Of a stretch of DNA of 64,000 bases, positions 61,467 to 64,000 are shown piece after piece; the first letter of the stretch is position 1, and every line of letters begins with the position of its first letter. Source of the stretch: Microthyrium microscopicum (taxonomy: Eukaryota); contig MU004233.1 in NCBI GenBank assembly GCA_010405405.1, forward strand, positions 819,122 to 883,121, given 5' to 3'. The notes under the pieces are model-generated. The model ran no database searches, had not been told where the DNA came from, and was given only the letters and a program-made list of their open reading frames with translations. A program made the position numbers and the translations under genes.

Positions 61467-64000
61467 GGCGGTGAGATGGCAGGTCGTCGAGACTAGCGAA
61501 CGGTCGAAAATTGTCCGAGGGTAAACGTTGGAGGTGAAGGACAGGCAGAAGTAAAGAACGTGCGAGCGAAGGTGTTGCTTTCATATATGTACCTAGGGAG
61601 CAACTGATTGTGCACTTAGCGGATGCAGGCTACCTCTCTATTGTGGAAGGCTAGAGCTTTGCTTGGCTGTAGGTACAGTGACTTACTTTGACATGTGGAA
61701 TAAAGAGGAAAGGTAGAGGGGTGATATAAATGAAAGTGTTCCCCTTTTAGCTTGGTAATAGGGGTCTATGGTACTAGCTAGCAGCTTAATGAACCAGTGT
61801 GTACAGTGGGAGTGGCCTATTGTTGAGGTGTTTGGAATAAAGGAGAGACTTTGGGAAAGGGTTCAGATTCAATTGCAGAAATAATTTGTAGCCACTGATC
61901 GATAAGCAAAGACCCTTCGCGCCACATATGTTGTTTTTGTGGACCTGAAGGAAGGCCTAGAGTTTGAGTTGGGGGTCTGTGGTGAAACTCGAGAGGCTAT
62001 TCTGTACTAGGCTCAAAGGAGTCGGGGAATTTCTCGAATTTCATCAATTCCTGGTAAATCATTGAAGACTTGTCTGTGCAAATATACCTGGCAGCTTTCT
62101 ATGTGTACAATGATTAGGTCAGAGGCAAACCGTTAGACCCTTTTTAAAAGTGTAACAAACCAGATGGATGAGTGGTATAGATTGCTTCTTTATTCTATGG
62201 AAAGCTTCAAGGATAGCCCCTTTCACTGTCCAATCCTTGAGCAGGGATATCACACGCGTCCGGAATTCAGATAATCGGAGCATGCATTTTGCTAGTCAAA
62301 ATGCATAATTCCCTCTGTATTGACAATGAAATAAGTATGAATCTACAAGCTGGGACGTCAAAACTGCTACAACGCGCAATCATGAACAAGCTTTCCCAAC
62401 AAAGCTTTCCCAATAACCCCACATCATATGCCAATACTCGGTATACAATGCTGTAGTCTGAGGGTATACAGAAAGCCAAGATACATATTGCTTCCGTGCT
62501 AAACCCCAGCAGTAGACAGGGTCTATATAGCTGATCTAGGTGTCTCTAGACTAATTGTAATCTACAACCCGATTCTTGGTATTATAGAGTATCGAGAGAA
62601 GAGTATGCCGCTCAGCTGGTCACGGAATAATAGATCCTACCAAAGGACTAAAATTGGAAGAATATAAGAAAGTGTTCGTGATGATTACAGTAAACAGATT
62701 CGCGGGCTGACCGTTGCAACGGATGTGTAAAGCACAACTCCGCCTTGCAGTCCGCACGGGGACATATACGGCCATATCATGAGTTTAACAATCGTACTCT
62801 ATAGCTTAGCCGGAACCCTATTCCATATAAATCTGGGGTGATATAGGCTGCGTGCACGAATCGCCTTGCAAATAGCTCGGGTAATAAAATAAACACTAAG
62901 CACGAAATAGGGCCTCGAACATATCTTCAACCTATAAGAAGGTTTGAAATAGATGCTTCTAGTACTACTTACCCTGCTCTGAAGCGATGGTTGTCTGGGA
63001 GTAGGTAGATTATAGGTTTGATTCGTCGCTTCAAGGTTCAAGCACAGCTTGTATCGGTACGCGGGCTCGCATGCCATCTAGCTTTCAAGTTATTTGGGTA
63101 GCGAAGGCCTGGCTACGGTGTCGGTTTGTGTCCGAGTTGCGACTTGCACGAGCATTATAGACTAGCTCATGTATATGAAGGTTCGATTCCGTGGTAAAAT
63201 TTGGCGGCCAAAGTCAGCGAAAATCCGATGCGTTGCGATTCCTTTAGTTACCACTTTGTCAGTTCGTACTGACCAACATCTCCACATCTCGAACAGCGGC
63301 ACCGTTTGGGATCGAGAGTGTAGGATCACATACCTTGTTCTAGAAACGGACCGTCTGAGAAAAGGCTCCATCGCGATATGTTAGAGGACTGATGCCAGCA
63401 ACAGTGCTATATCTGAGTTGCCAATACCATGGTTTCCAACCGTCAACGCGGGACATGTGAGTGCATATCGGGCCAGAGCATAGAAAGGTCACAGCTGCAG
63501 CGTGATATCATGGGTAGCTCCACAGGATGAAGTAGATAGAATAAGATACCTGACGATAATGGGTTGTCAGACAGGAAAAGCTGCTGCTGGGAAGATCTGG
63601 AGCAGAAAGACCCTGAGAAAAGGTTAAATTAGGAGCAACGTGGACGCTAGCAGGGACACCCTTGTACCAGATGCATGCCAAGATACACCAACTCAACCTC
63701 ATTTTATTACAACAGAGCTTGAAAATTTATTCTCTCCAACATTACTCTTCTCTGCCAAACCAACCCGAGTACTCTAACCCCAAGAATCGCCTGCTATCCT
63801 TCATTGACAGCCCATAGCGCTGCCCAAGTAACGAAACGCTGACCTTCCCTTGCCTTTCCGCCGGACCGCTCCGTGAGCACCATCTTTCCCATTAGCACAA
63901 TTGTTCGACAGCATAATTTTTTCTTCCCGTTCAACCCAGACGTGCAATCTGTACACTGTCGCTTTGCGTTCTTGAAAAAACACCCGGTTGTAAAAACACC

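Noticed and set aside
63163..63195. TAGCTCA followed by perfect B-box GGTTCGATTCC suggesting a tRNA
   Set aside because: The boxes are too close together and no T-stem, anticodon arm or acceptor stem can be formed; at most an isolated TFIIIC-type site
61500..64000. Long gap possibly holding a gene or transposon
   Set aside because: No convincing ORF, terminal repeats or transposase/RT motifs seen

Overview
Gene-dense eukaryotic DNA from a filamentous ascomycete (Pezizomycotina, plausibly a Dothideomycete). Evidence: short 45-100 nt GT-AG introns with CTAAC/CTGAC branch points and recognisable fungal orthologues. About 27 protein-coding genes could be assembled by hand from exons. Housekeeping genes: FPR4-type FKBP, HIS7, pseudouridine glycosidase-kinase fusion, SOF1, UBP14, tubulin cofactor A, THO subunit 7, PET112/GatB, RTG2, GBP2/HRB1 and a TFIIIC subunit. 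Secreted or surface proteins: AA5 copper radical oxidase, a BBE-like FAD oxidase, a vWA type-I membrane protein, a GPI-anchored PLC-like protein, an M13 peptidase and a CAP/PR-1 protein. A few accessory or decayed genes are also present. No tRNA, rRNA, CRISPR array or intact transposon was seen. The most unusual observations are: a Delta-5-like front-end desaturase; a vWA/TM receptor-like protein with a Cys/His-rich cytoplasmic tail; a secreted flavoenzyme with a dibasic-site-rich insertion, a His in place of the FAD-linking Cys and a His/Met tail; and an 8-nt microexon followed by a long intronic hairpin in GBP2. All exon boundaries and homologies were read by eye, without database searches.
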